Positions 7,651-14,886 of a DNA stretch of 18,136 nucleotides are shown here, in pieces (the stretch's first letter is position 1; each line of letters opens with the position of its first letter). This DNA comes from Archangium sp. (GTDB lineage Bacteria > Myxococcota > Myxococcia > Myxococcales > Myxococcaceae). Under the pieces are notes generated by a model. That model was not told the origin of the DNA. It saw nothing but the letters and a program-made list of their open reading frames with translations, and did not search any database. The stretch lies in the NCBI GenBank assembly GCA_031367385.1, contig JANLPS010000510.1, positions 1 through 18,136 of the forward strand, given 5' to 3'. The translations under genes were made by a program, and so were the position numbers.

Positions 7651-8565
7651 GTGCCCTCGAACATCTCGCTCAGCTCGAAAGTGGCGGTGGCCGTGCAGAC
7701 GGTTGAAGCAACCGCCCAGCCGGCAGTGGCGACCACGGGCACTGCAGAGACCGCCGCCGTGCCAGTGAAGGTCGCGGTCGAGGTCGTCACCGCAGTGGTC
7801 GCTGATTCGTTCGGAGCGACCATCGAAGCCCCGGCCCCCGCCGCGCTCACGGGCACTCAACTGACCCAGTCTGCCGCGCGCCTCGCGTCTGATCTGAGCG
7901 GTCTTCTCGATGCCGGCAAGCTGCCCGACCAGATGCAGTACGACCTCTCGGTGCAGCTGAGCGCGCTGATGGGCGCCGCGACCCTGCCTCGCGAGGCCAA
8001 GGCCACGCGGTTGATGGAGTTCATGACGCCGTACGCCGAGCAGTTGGCCAAGCTTTCGCAGAAGCAGCCGCTCACCGCTGATCAACGAAAGACCATCGCT
8101 GATCAGCTGCTCAAGCACATGAATGGCGCGGGGCTCACGCGGGTGGTCGAGACCACGACCCAGCGCACCGGAGCGCAGGTTGGCTTCGCGATGATGTCGG
8201 CGCACCAGCCCGAAGACGTACGCAAGACGCTCGAAGGCATGCGCTTCGACAGCAATGACCCCTCGGCGTTGATCGGCGCCGCGGCCAAACACCAAGACGT
8301 GCCACGGCCGTTGCCGCAGCAGCCGATGACCGCCAGCACCAGGTCGAAGCCGAGCGACGATGACGAGCCCGATGATTCGCCCCGTGAGCGGGCCCGAAAG
8401 AAGACCGGCGCATTGTGGGGCATGCTGCACAAGGGTCGATCGGAGATGGGCCGCATCGACGACGATGACAAGTGGGTGCCCGATGACAAGGCGCTCTATG
8501 CGGCCGGCCTCGCGGCTCTGGTGATCTCACTGGGCATCGCGGCGCTGTTGACGGTTTTTCGGTGA
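7651..8565 (+). CDS. Hypothetical protein with a C-terminal membrane anchor (about 304 aa)
   Basis: Ala/Val/Thr-rich N-terminus, helical core, acidic-basic linker and a terminal hydrophobic helix (ALYAAGLAALVISLGIAALLTVFR). Start codon uncertain. Confidence 0.75.
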   Translation: MPSNISLSSKVAVAVQTVEATAQPAVATTGTAETAAVPVKVAVEVVTAVVADSFGATIEAPAPAALTGTQLTQSAARLASDLSGLLDAGKLPDQMQYDLSVQLSALMGAATLPREAKATRLMEFMTPYAEQLAKLSQKQPLTADQRKTIADQLLKHMNGAGLTRVVETTTQRTGAQVGFAMMSAHQPEDVRKTLEGMRFDSNDPSALIGAAAKHQDVPRPLPQQPMTASTRSKPSDDDEPDDSPRERARKKTGALWGMLHKGRSEMGRIDDDDKWVPDDKALYAAGLAALVISLGIAALLTVFR

Positions 8566-8578
8566 TCAGGAGTTTTGA

Positions 8579-9994
8579 TTGAAGCCAGTGCTGTCTGTGA
8601 AGTGGGCGGTCGCCGCGTTCGTTGCCTCGCTGATCATCGTCACCGGTGCCCTCGAGCTGCTGGTGCGTCTGATGTCTGGCGCCTCGATGGCCGGAGGTGA
8701 ACGCGGGCTGTTGCAGGTCGCCTTGCTCTTCGTCGGCAACGACGTGGCCATCGGGGTGGTGTTGATGCTCACCCTGGTCGCGCGGTTTCGAAGCGAGTCG
8801 GTGGCGGTGCTGGGCCCCGTGCCTCCCGTGTCGATTCTGATCAGCGCGTGGAACGAGGTCGACAGCATCGTCGACACCGTGCACCGCTGGGCCGCGCAGA
8901 CCGGAGTCGCTTTCGAGATCATCGTTGGCGATGACGGCTCGACCGACGCGACCTCGCAGGTGCTGATCGACGCGTTTCGGCTCGAGACGCCAAGCCCCGG
9001 CCGCTTCGAGGGTGTGTGCAACGGCGTGAAGGTGACGCTGTTCACGCTGCCGCATCACGGCAAGGGCGCCACGCTCAACGCCATCTCTGCCCACGCGGCA
9101 CACGAGGTGCTGGTGACCATCGACGCCGATACGACACCCGCCCCCGATGCGTTGGCGCTGTTGGCAGGCGCCTTCGCCGACCCATTGGTCGACAGCGCGA
9201 CCGGCGTGGTGAGCATTCGCAACGGCCGCGACGGCTGGCTGCTCGCGAACCAGGCGGCGGAGTATTTGAAGAACGCCTACGTGCGCATCGCCTGGTCGAG
9301 CCTGGGTGGCCTCGAGCAGGTGCCCGGTGCCTTTGCCGCGGCCCGCGCCGAGCTCTTTCGACAGGCGGGCGGTTTTCCCACCGATTCGATCACCGAAGAC
9401 TACGAGCTCACGTACCGCTTCATTCAGGTCGGGCTCGAGCGGGGGCGGCCTCCGAAGGTCGTGACCGTGCCTCGCGCGCAGGTGTTCACCGACGGGCCTG
9501 GCACGGTGGCCGGTTTCGTTCGCCAACGCACCCGGTGGTTCGCCGGGTTTCTGGCGACGCTGTACCGGTATCGGCACCTGCTCTTCAATTCAGGCGCTGG
9601 CGCGTTCGGTCTGGTGCGCCTGCCGCTCAAGCTGGTCGACGCGGTGTTGCCGTTCTTGGCGGTCACCACGCTGGTGGTGCTGGTGCGCGATGGTCTGGTC
9701 GCGGCGCTGGGCTTGAGCGGCGTGGCGCTCGCGCTCTTCGCCACCCGCTGGCTGTGGGATATGTTCGTCTACGCGTGCGCCGTGTCAGCCTCATGGCGGT
9801 TGGGGGCTCCGCAGCTGAGCCGCCGAGCGATGCCGCCGGGGGTGGTGGGGTGGCTGCTGACCGCGTTCGAGGCGCTTAGCTACGTCTGGTTCAAGCAGCT
9901 CTCGGCGCTGCGAGGCATCAGCTGGGCCGTTCGCCGCGTGCGCAGGTGGGAGACCTCGCGCGAGTCTGAAACGCCCTACCGATCGACTTCGTGA
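8579..9994 (+). CDS. Processive family 2 glycosyltransferase (PgaC/IcaA/cellulose-synthase-like), membrane-bound (471 aa)
   Basis: SAWNE, DDGSTD, GKGATLN, DADT, VPGAF, TED and QRTRW motifs; two N-terminal and several C-terminal TMs; TTG start with RBS AGGAG at 8568-8572. Confidence 0.92.
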   Translation: MKPVLSVKWAVAAFVASLIIVTGALELLVRLMSGASMAGGERGLLQVALLFVGNDVAIGVVLMLTLVARFRSESVAVLGPVPPVSILISAWNEVDSIVDTVHRWAAQTGVAFEIIVGDDGSTDATSQVLIDAFRLETPSPGRFEGVCNGVKVTLFTLPHHGKGATLNAISAHAAHEVLVTIDADTTPAPDALALLAGAFADPLVDSATGVVSIRNGRDGWLLANQAAEYLKNAYVRIAWSSLGGLEQVPGAFAAARAELFRQAGGFPTDSITEDYELTYRFIQVGLERGRPPKVVTVPRAQVFTDGPGTVAGFVRQRTRWFAGFLATLYRYRHLLFNSGAGAFGLVRLPLKLVDAVLPFLAVTTLVVLVRDGLVAALGLSGVALALFATRWLWDMFVYACAVSASWRLGAPQLSRRAMPPGVVGWLLTAFEALSYVWFKQLSALRGISWAVRRVRRWETSRESETPYRSTS

Positions 9995-10266
9995 CCCTGC
10001 AGGTCAAAAGCGATGCCGGTGTCGGTGATCAGCACCCGGTAGCCGCCCGTCTCTTCCCACAGGCCACGGCGCACGATCTTGCCATCGCTTTGAAAGGCGA
10101 TGTCGCTCAAGACGACGGTCTCGATGAGTGACGTGTCGCCCTGATCTCGAAAGAGCCGAAACGGCAGCTTGCTGGTGTTCGCTTCACGAACCACGCTGCG
10201 AAGATTCTCATGAACGAGAATCTTCGTTTCGGTCGTCACGACATCGAGCCACACGTCTGAATTCAT
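9976..10266 (-). CDS. Small hypothetical protein (96 aa)
   Basis: ATG 12 bp after the upstream lipoprotein stop, behind an A-rich spacer (AGAAAATCAAAA); GC-biased third codon positions; its 3' end overlaps the GT2 3' end by 19 bp. Confidence 0.55.
   Translation of the reverse strand: MNSDVWLDVVTTETKILVHENLRSVVREANTSKLPFRLFRDQGDTSLIETVVLSDIAFQSDGKIVRRGLWEETGGYRVLITDTGIAFDLQGHEVDR
10199..10226. repeat. Perfect 11-bp inverted repeat (hairpin)
   Basis: CGAAGATTCTC-ATGAAC-GAGAATCTTCG, followed by TTTC on the + strand. Confidence 0.75.
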
Positions 10267-10278
10267 TTTTGATTTTCT

Positions 10279-10593
10279 CTATTGAGCGGGAGGCGGGCCA
10301 AGCGGCGTCGCGTATTCGCAGACCGTGCCGTCGGCGGTCTCGTTGCAGACGAAGCCGGGCAGGCAATTGGCGTTGCTGGTGCACGGCGCCAGGCAGACCC
10401 TGCGGGTGCCCTCGGTGACGCAGACGGTGCCGCCCGGGCACGCCTCGGTCTCACAGCCGCGCGTGCAGATCTCGACCTTGGCGCAGTAGCCGCCCTTGAG
10501 CGCCTTGCAGTCGTCGTCAGTGCGGCAGCTCGCCCCCGGGAGCGTCGTCGGCGCGCAGGCCCCCAGCAGCAGCAGCCAGGCAAGGCGCTTCAC
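10279..10593 (-). CDS. Cys-rich lipoprotein (104 aa) with three 4-Cys modules
   Basis: GTG start overlapping the upstream stop (GTGA); MKRLAWLLLLGA-C lipobox; 12 further Cys in CxxxxxC..C..C repeats (CRTDDDC, CTSNANC). Confidence 0.85.
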   Translation of the reverse strand: MKRLAWLLLLGACAPTTLPGASCRTDDDCKALKGGYCAKVEICTRGCETEACPGGTVCVTEGTRRVCLAPCTSNANCLPGFVCNETADGTVCEYATPLGPPPAQ

Positions 10594-10982
10594 TTCGCCC
10601 CCTTGAACGGAGAAGGCCCGTAGAGGTCGTAGTCGCAGCCGCCATCGAGCAGGCAGATGTCTTTCTGGCAAAACCCGCCCAGGCAGACCAACGACTTGCT
10701 CTCGGGGCAGATGCCGTCAGCCGGAGGCGCCCCATTCGAGACGCCGCCATCGGGCAGCCGCATGCCCGGCAACCCATCGGAGTAGCAGCCTCCAGTCGCG
10801 TCGACCAGGCAGTCGGAGTTGACCGTGCACGCCTTGCTGCACACCTCGGCGAGCGAGCAGATGTACCCGTTGGGGCAATTTGAAGAGCGCGGGTGACAGG
10901 GGCCGCTGGCCGAGGCGGGGCAGCCGCCGGTGTCGAGGCAGCTGGCGAAGATGATCAGCGCGAGCAGGCCGAGCTTTCGCAC
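10590..10982 (-). CDS. Cys-rich secreted protein, probable lipoprotein (130 aa)
   Basis: MRKLGLLALIIFAS-C signal/lipobox; 14 Cys in total; DGG motifs; GTG start 4 bp after the upstream stop. Confidence 0.85.
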   Translation of the reverse strand: MRKLGLLALIIFASCLDTGGCPASASGPCHPRSSNCPNGYICSLAEVCSKACTVNSDCLVDATGGCYSDGLPGMRLPDGGVSNGAPPADGICPESKSLVCLGGFCQKDICLLDGGCDYDLYGPSPFKGAK

Positions 10983-10986
10983 GTCT

Positions 10987-11790
10987 CTAAAGCTCTGCTT
11001 TCCACGACTTGGCGGCCGTTCGCAGCGCGTCGGTCGCCTCGCGGCCCAAGCGGTAGAGCTGCTTCCACTGCGAGCTCTTCTGCTCGTTCGCCTCGTCTTT
11101 GAACGACGTGCGGCCGTCTTTGGTGGTGGTCTTGGCCTTGAAGTCGACGGTGCTCGAGAGGTCGAGAAACGCGTCGATTCGCTTTCGAATCAGCACCTTC
11201 GGGTCTTTTTGCGTGAGCCACTCCGCGTGGGCCTGGTCGAACTTGACCTTGTCGTCATCGTACTGGCGCTTCAGTTGCTCGAGCATGACCTTCTGCAGCT
11301 GCTCCATCGCGGCTTTCTGCTCGGGCGAGCTCATCATCGCCTTCATCTCGCTCTGGGCCTTGAGCGCGTCTTGGTAAATCTTCTTCATCGCCGGGTCTTT
11401 TTCGCTCGCGGCCTTTTCTTTCAGCTCGGCCTCATTCTTCACGGCGTCGGCGTCTTGCTGTTTCTTCTCGTCGGCCTGGCGACGCAGCTGGGCCTCGACG
11501 GTGTCCGGCGCGCGGGGCTCCGACTCGGCCCATTGGGTCGCGTAGCGCTGCTTGAAGTCGTCGCTCGCGAGGTAGGTCTTGGCGAAGGCGACCGCGGCCC
11601 TGGCGACGTCGGCGCGTGCTTTCACCGGTACCGCTTTGCAGTGGCCCGGGCAGTACGCCGAGCCCAGCCCGTAGCTCACCACCGCGAAGACCTGCTCTTT
11701 GGCCTGGTCGGCCGATGCGTGCACGGTGTCGAGAAAGGAGGTGCTCGGGGCGGCCAGCAGCACCGCGCCCACCAACATCATTCGAATCAT
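10987..11790 (-). CDS. Secreted/periplasmic hypothetical protein with a central coiled coil (267 aa)
   Basis: Signal peptide MIRMMLVGAVLLAA; K/E/Q/A/M-rich helical middle; C-terminal 'DPKVLIRKRIDAFLDLSSTVDFKAK...WKQLYRLGREAT'. Confidence 0.85.
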   Translation of the reverse strand: MIRMMLVGAVLLAAPSTSFLDTVHASADQAKEQVFAVVSYGLGSAYCPGHCKAVPVKARADVARAAVAFAKTYLASDDFKQRYATQWAESEPRAPDTVEAQLRRQADEKKQQDADAVKNEAELKEKAASEKDPAMKKIYQDALKAQSEMKAMMSSPEQKAAMEQLQKVMLEQLKRQYDDDKVKFDQAHAEWLTQKDPKVLIRKRIDAFLDLSSTVDFKAKTTTKDGRTSFKDEANEQKSSQWKQLYRLGREATDALRTAAKSWKAEL

Positions 11791-11797
11791 GGGGCAG

Positions 11798-11803
11798 ACC
11801 GTA
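11798..11803 (-). promoter_or_regulatory. Possible leaderless sigma-70-type -10 element for the 267-aa gene
   Basis: Minus strand reads gcTACGGT-ctgcccc-ATG (TAnnnT, then 7 nt to the start codon); no SD sequence; -35 is weak. Confidence 0.35.
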
Positions 11804-11829
11804 GCGCTGGCCAGGGCGGCGCTCCACTT

Positions 11830-13908
11830 TCACAGCGCATTCGAGGCCTGGGGTGCGAGCAAGGTGTCTCCCGCGAGCGGAGCCCCGCCGTTTTCGGGCA
11901 GTCGCTCGGCCGCTTCGACGGCGTGAAAGAGCGCGGAGAGCGGGCCGCGCTTGCGGGTGTAGTCGATGGTCACCGAGACCTCCGGCCGCTCGCCGTAGAA
12001 CTGCTCCATCAGCTTTCGACGCTCTTCCATCTTGCGGTCCATCACCTGTTGAAAGTCGCGTTGCTCGCGAATGATGTGAGGGGTCAAGAAGACCAGCAGG
12101 TTCACCTTGGTCTTGGTCTTGTCAGTGTGGCGAAAGAGACGACCAATCAAGGGTATGTCGCCCAGGACGGGGACCTTCGAGACCGACTCGATTTCGCGGT
12201 CTTGCATGATGCCGCCGAGAACGAGGGTTTCGGCATCGTGCGCGACGACGGTGGTCTTCTGCCCGCGGGTCGAGGTGATCGGCCCAAGCCCTGCCGTGTT
12301 GCCGCTCGCGAGCTCTTCGGCCTGCTGGTCGATTTCGAGGCGAATGGTGTCGCCGTCTCCGATGTGAGGCTTGACGGTCAGCTTGAGCTCGACCTTTTCG
12401 CGGGTGATGCTGGCACCGTACGCGGCGGCGGTGGTGGTCGCAGCCGTGCCGCTGGCGGCGAGCGAGGCCAGCTGCGCGGGGCTGATGCCCGATTGAAAGG
12501 GTATCTTCTGGCCCACGGTGATGACCGCCTCTTTGTTGTCTGAGGTCATGATGTGTGGGGTCGACATCACGTTCACATCGGAGTCGGTTTGATTCGCCTG
12601 CAGTGAAATGCCGAAGGAGGGGATGGAGATACCCAGCGCCTTGCTGACCTGGGCGAGCACCGGGCCCTGAAGGCCGGCCAGCAAACCAGATGACGTCGCC
12701 AGGCCAGTGAGGTTGGTCGACGAGGGGCTGCCCGCGGGTTGGCTGCCCAAGACGAAGGTCGAGGCGGTCGTCGCGTCGGTGCCGGTGCTGCCCAGGCCGT
12801 GAAAGGCCACGCCGAGCACGGTCTCGTGCGAGAGGTTCACCTCCATGATCATCGTCTCGATGAAGACCTGCCGCACGGGCACGTCGAGCTGCTCGATGAC
12901 CTCGACGAGGCTGCGGTAGTCGCCCGCGCTCGCGACGATGACCAACGCGTTCTGCGCTTCGGTCGCGGTGATGCGCACGTCGCCTGAGAGGCCGCCGGGG
13001 CTGTTGGGTGCGCCGGCCTTCGCCTTCGAGCCTTGGGTCATGCCCTCGAGCGCGGCGGCGATGTCTTTGGCGTCGGCATTCTTCAAGCGGTACACGCGCG
13101 CCCGCCCGTCACCGGGCACCTCGACGTCGAGCTGGGCGACCAGGTCTTCAACGCGGGCAAGCAGGGCAGGCGAGGCGATGACCATCAACCGGTTGGTTCG
13201 CTCGTCGATCGAGGTGGTGAGGGTCTCCGTGACGCGAGGTGCCGCCTTTGGAGTCAGCATGCGGTTCACTTTGTCGGCGACGTCGGCGGCGTCGGCGTGG
13301 CGCAGGGTGATCAGCCGCATCACGTCGTTGGGCCGGGCGACGTCGAGCTGAGGCAGCAGCTTTTCGAGCCGCTGCAGGTTGCTCACCACGTCGGTGGCGA
13401 TGAGCAGGTCGGGGAGCGCGCTGATCAGATCTCCGTTGGGGCTGATCAGCTGACCGAGCACGGCCCTGATCACCTCGAGCTCGGCGTTCTTCACCTTGAA
13501 GACCCGGGTCACCACCTCGTCTGGCGCGGGGTACTCGCTGGCCTCGAAGGTGAGGGGTACGGGGTGCTGACGCGCTGCCTTCTTGTCGATGATTCGAAAG
13601 TAACGGCCCTGCTTGACCACCGTGAACCCGTTCGCGTCGAGCGAGGCGAGAAAGGCGGCATAAAATTGATCGACGTCGAGGGTCTGGGTGCCGTTCTCGG
13701 GGCCGATCAGCGAAATGGTGCCCTTGACGTTCTCAGCCACGATGAATGAGCGGCACGTCGCGTCTGACATGGTCTGCGCGAGCTTGGTCAATTCGACCCG
13801 CTCGAAGTGCGCGGTGTATCGGCGGTGGCGAACCTCGTCGCAGGCGTCTTTGGGGTCGCCCAAGGCGATGAGACTGGTGAGAAGAACGAGTATCGCGAGC
13901 ACGCGCAT
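11830..13908 (-). CDS. gspD: Type II secretion system secretin GspD-like protein (692 aa)
   Basis: Signal peptide, N0 domain ('FIVAENVKGTISLIGP', 'FLASLDANG'), three KH-like N domains ('KVKNAE', 'LRHADAADVA', 'YRLKNADAKDIA', 'DERTNRL', 'NALVI'), and the secretin domain ('QVFIETMIMEV', 'STPHIMTSDNKEAVITVG', 'KVPVLGDIPLIGRLF', 'NLLVFLTPHII'). Start placed at ATG 13908. Confidence 0.93.
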   Translation of the reverse strand: MRVLAILVLLTSLIALGDPKDACDEVRHRRYTAHFERVELTKLAQTMSDATCRSFIVAENVKGTISLIGPENGTQTLDVDQFYAAFLASLDANGFTVVKQGRYFRIIDKKAARQHPVPLTFEASEYPAPDEVVTRVFKVKNAELEVIRAVLGQLISPNGDLISALPDLLIATDVVSNLQRLEKLLPQLDVARPNDVMRLITLRHADAADVADKVNRMLTPKAAPRVTETLTTSIDERTNRLMVIASPALLARVEDLVAQLDVEVPGDGRARVYRLKNADAKDIAAALEGMTQGSKAKAGAPNSPGGLSGDVRITATEAQNALVIVASAGDYRSLVEVIEQLDVPVRQVFIETMIMEVNLSHETVLGVAFHGLGSTGTDATTASTFVLGSQPAGSPSSTNLTGLATSSGLLAGLQGPVLAQVSKALGISIPSFGISLQANQTDSDVNVMSTPHIMTSDNKEAVITVGQKIPFQSGISPAQLASLAASGTAATTTAAAYGASITREKVELKLTVKPHIGDGDTIRLEIDQQAEELASGNTAGLGPITSTRGQKTTVVAHDAETLVLGGIMQDREIESVSKVPVLGDIPLIGRLFRHTDKTKTKVNLLVFLTPHIIREQRDFQQVMDRKMEERRKLMEQFYGERPEVSVTIDYTRKRGPLSALFHAVEAAERLPENGGAPLAGDTLLAPQASNAL

Positions 13909-13921
13909 CGCTGTGTCGCTG

Positions 13922-13937
13922 AGCAACGGCGATGCCA
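13922..13937 (-). promoter_or_regulatory. Sigma-54 (-24/-12) promoter of gspD
   Basis: Minus strand TGGCATCGCCGTTGCT is close to the consensus TGGCACG-N4-TTGCW; the -12 C at 13923 lies 15 nt before the ATG. Confidence 0.75.
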
Positions 13938-13992
13938 TAGGGGTTTTCTGACTCGTAGCAAGCGGTTGCACGGGGCTCGAGGCCAGCGCAAC

Positions 13993-14005
13993 TGACAGCT
14001 TGTCA
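13993..14005. promoter_or_regulatory. Palindrome TGACA-N3-TGTCA, candidate activator site for the gspD sigma-54 promoter
   Basis: TGACA-GCT-TGTCA lies about 82-94 bp upstream of the predicted TSS, in the non-coding gap. Confidence 0.4.
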
Positions 14006-14030
14006 ACAGCCCGCTGCCCACGACGGACTT

Positions 14031-14885
14031 TCAGCCACCTTCGTCGAGCAACCGCTCGAGCGAGACTCCGAGGTTCTGACGGAGGCTGTCGATCAACTGG
14101 GTGAACTCCGGCGTCGTCAAGTCGAGCTGCGCGCGCAGCCTTCGCTCGATCTCTTCAGACAGCTTCTGCCGGGCGCGGGCCAACCAGCGGGCCACGGTGG
14201 CGCGGTGGGCGCCATAGATGAGGCCGATGCGATCGATGTTCAGCTTCTCGACCGTCGCCAGGCGAAGCACGCTCCGTTCGGTGCCATCGAGCGTCGTCAG
14301 CGCCTGTGCGAACGCCTGCCCAAAGGCCTGGCGGTGGGCCTGACGTACGAATTGCAGCTCGGTCGACCAGCTCGAGTCGGGTACCAGCTCGGCCTGGTCG
14401 AGCGGCTCGACCTTGGGCTCATCGCGCTTGAGCGAGAGGGCGGTGCGGTACAGCACGGTGCGCAGCCAGGTCAACAGGGCGCCGCGGCCAAGGTAGCCGC
14501 GCAGCGCCGGCTCCTGAGCGGCCTCACCCAGCAACAGCTTCTCGCGAGTCACCTGCAGCACCTCGGTTTGAAAGTCGCGATCTCCCACGCTCGAGATGAT
14601 GCGTCGTGCGCGCGGCAACAGCTCGGTGTCGAGCTGGGCCAGGGCGTTGGGGTCGCGTTCGAGGCACCCGAAGGCGATGTAGAGGTCGGTGATGCGCAGG
14701 CTGCCGAGGGCCGCGGGGTCATGCGCAGCCCGCGTGCCGACGTACCCGAAGAACGGCACCACGCTGATTCGCACGGTCGGCCACCGCAGCTGGGCCGCGT
14801 GCCAGAGCGCCCCGAGGGTCGCCGCGAGCTCGAGGTCGCTGACGGGGCGGTTCGCGAAGGCGCTGGCGGCGTCGAGGGTCGGCAT
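14031..14885 (-). CDS. ECF/sigma-70-like factor of the myxobacterial kinase-associated type (284 aa)
   Basis: N-terminal extension with 'TDLYIAFGC', region-2-like 'EVLQVTREKLL...YLGRGALLTWLRTV', and region-4 HTH 'ERSVLRL...LNIDRIGLIYGAHRATVARWLARARQKL'. ATG is 1 nt after the kinase stop (TGA-C-ATG). Confidence 0.8.
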   Translation of the reverse strand: MPTLDAASAFANRPVSDLELAATLGALWHAAQLRWPTVRISVVPFFGYVGTRAAHDPAALGSLRITDLYIAFGCLERDPNALAQLDTELLPRARRIISSVGDRDFQTEVLQVTREKLLLGEAAQEPALRGYLGRGALLTWLRTVLYRTALSLKRDEPKVEPLDQAELVPDSSWSTELQFVRQAHRQAFGQAFAQALTTLDGTERSVLRLATVEKLNIDRIGLIYGAHRATVARWLARARQKLSEEIERRLRAQLDLTTPEFTQLIDSLRQNLGVSLERLLDEGG

Positions 14886-14886
14886 G

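Noticed and set aside
13909..13971. Upstream starts for gspD (13971, 13938)
   Set aside because: The signal peptide begins at MRVLAILVLL (13908), and the upstream codons overlap the sigma-54 promoter.
14001..14006. Perfect TTGACA on the minus strand as a sigma-70 -35 box for gspD
   Set aside because: No TAnnnT at 16-18 bp spacing (GCCTCG at 17); better explained as one arm of the TGACA-N3-TGTCA palindrome.
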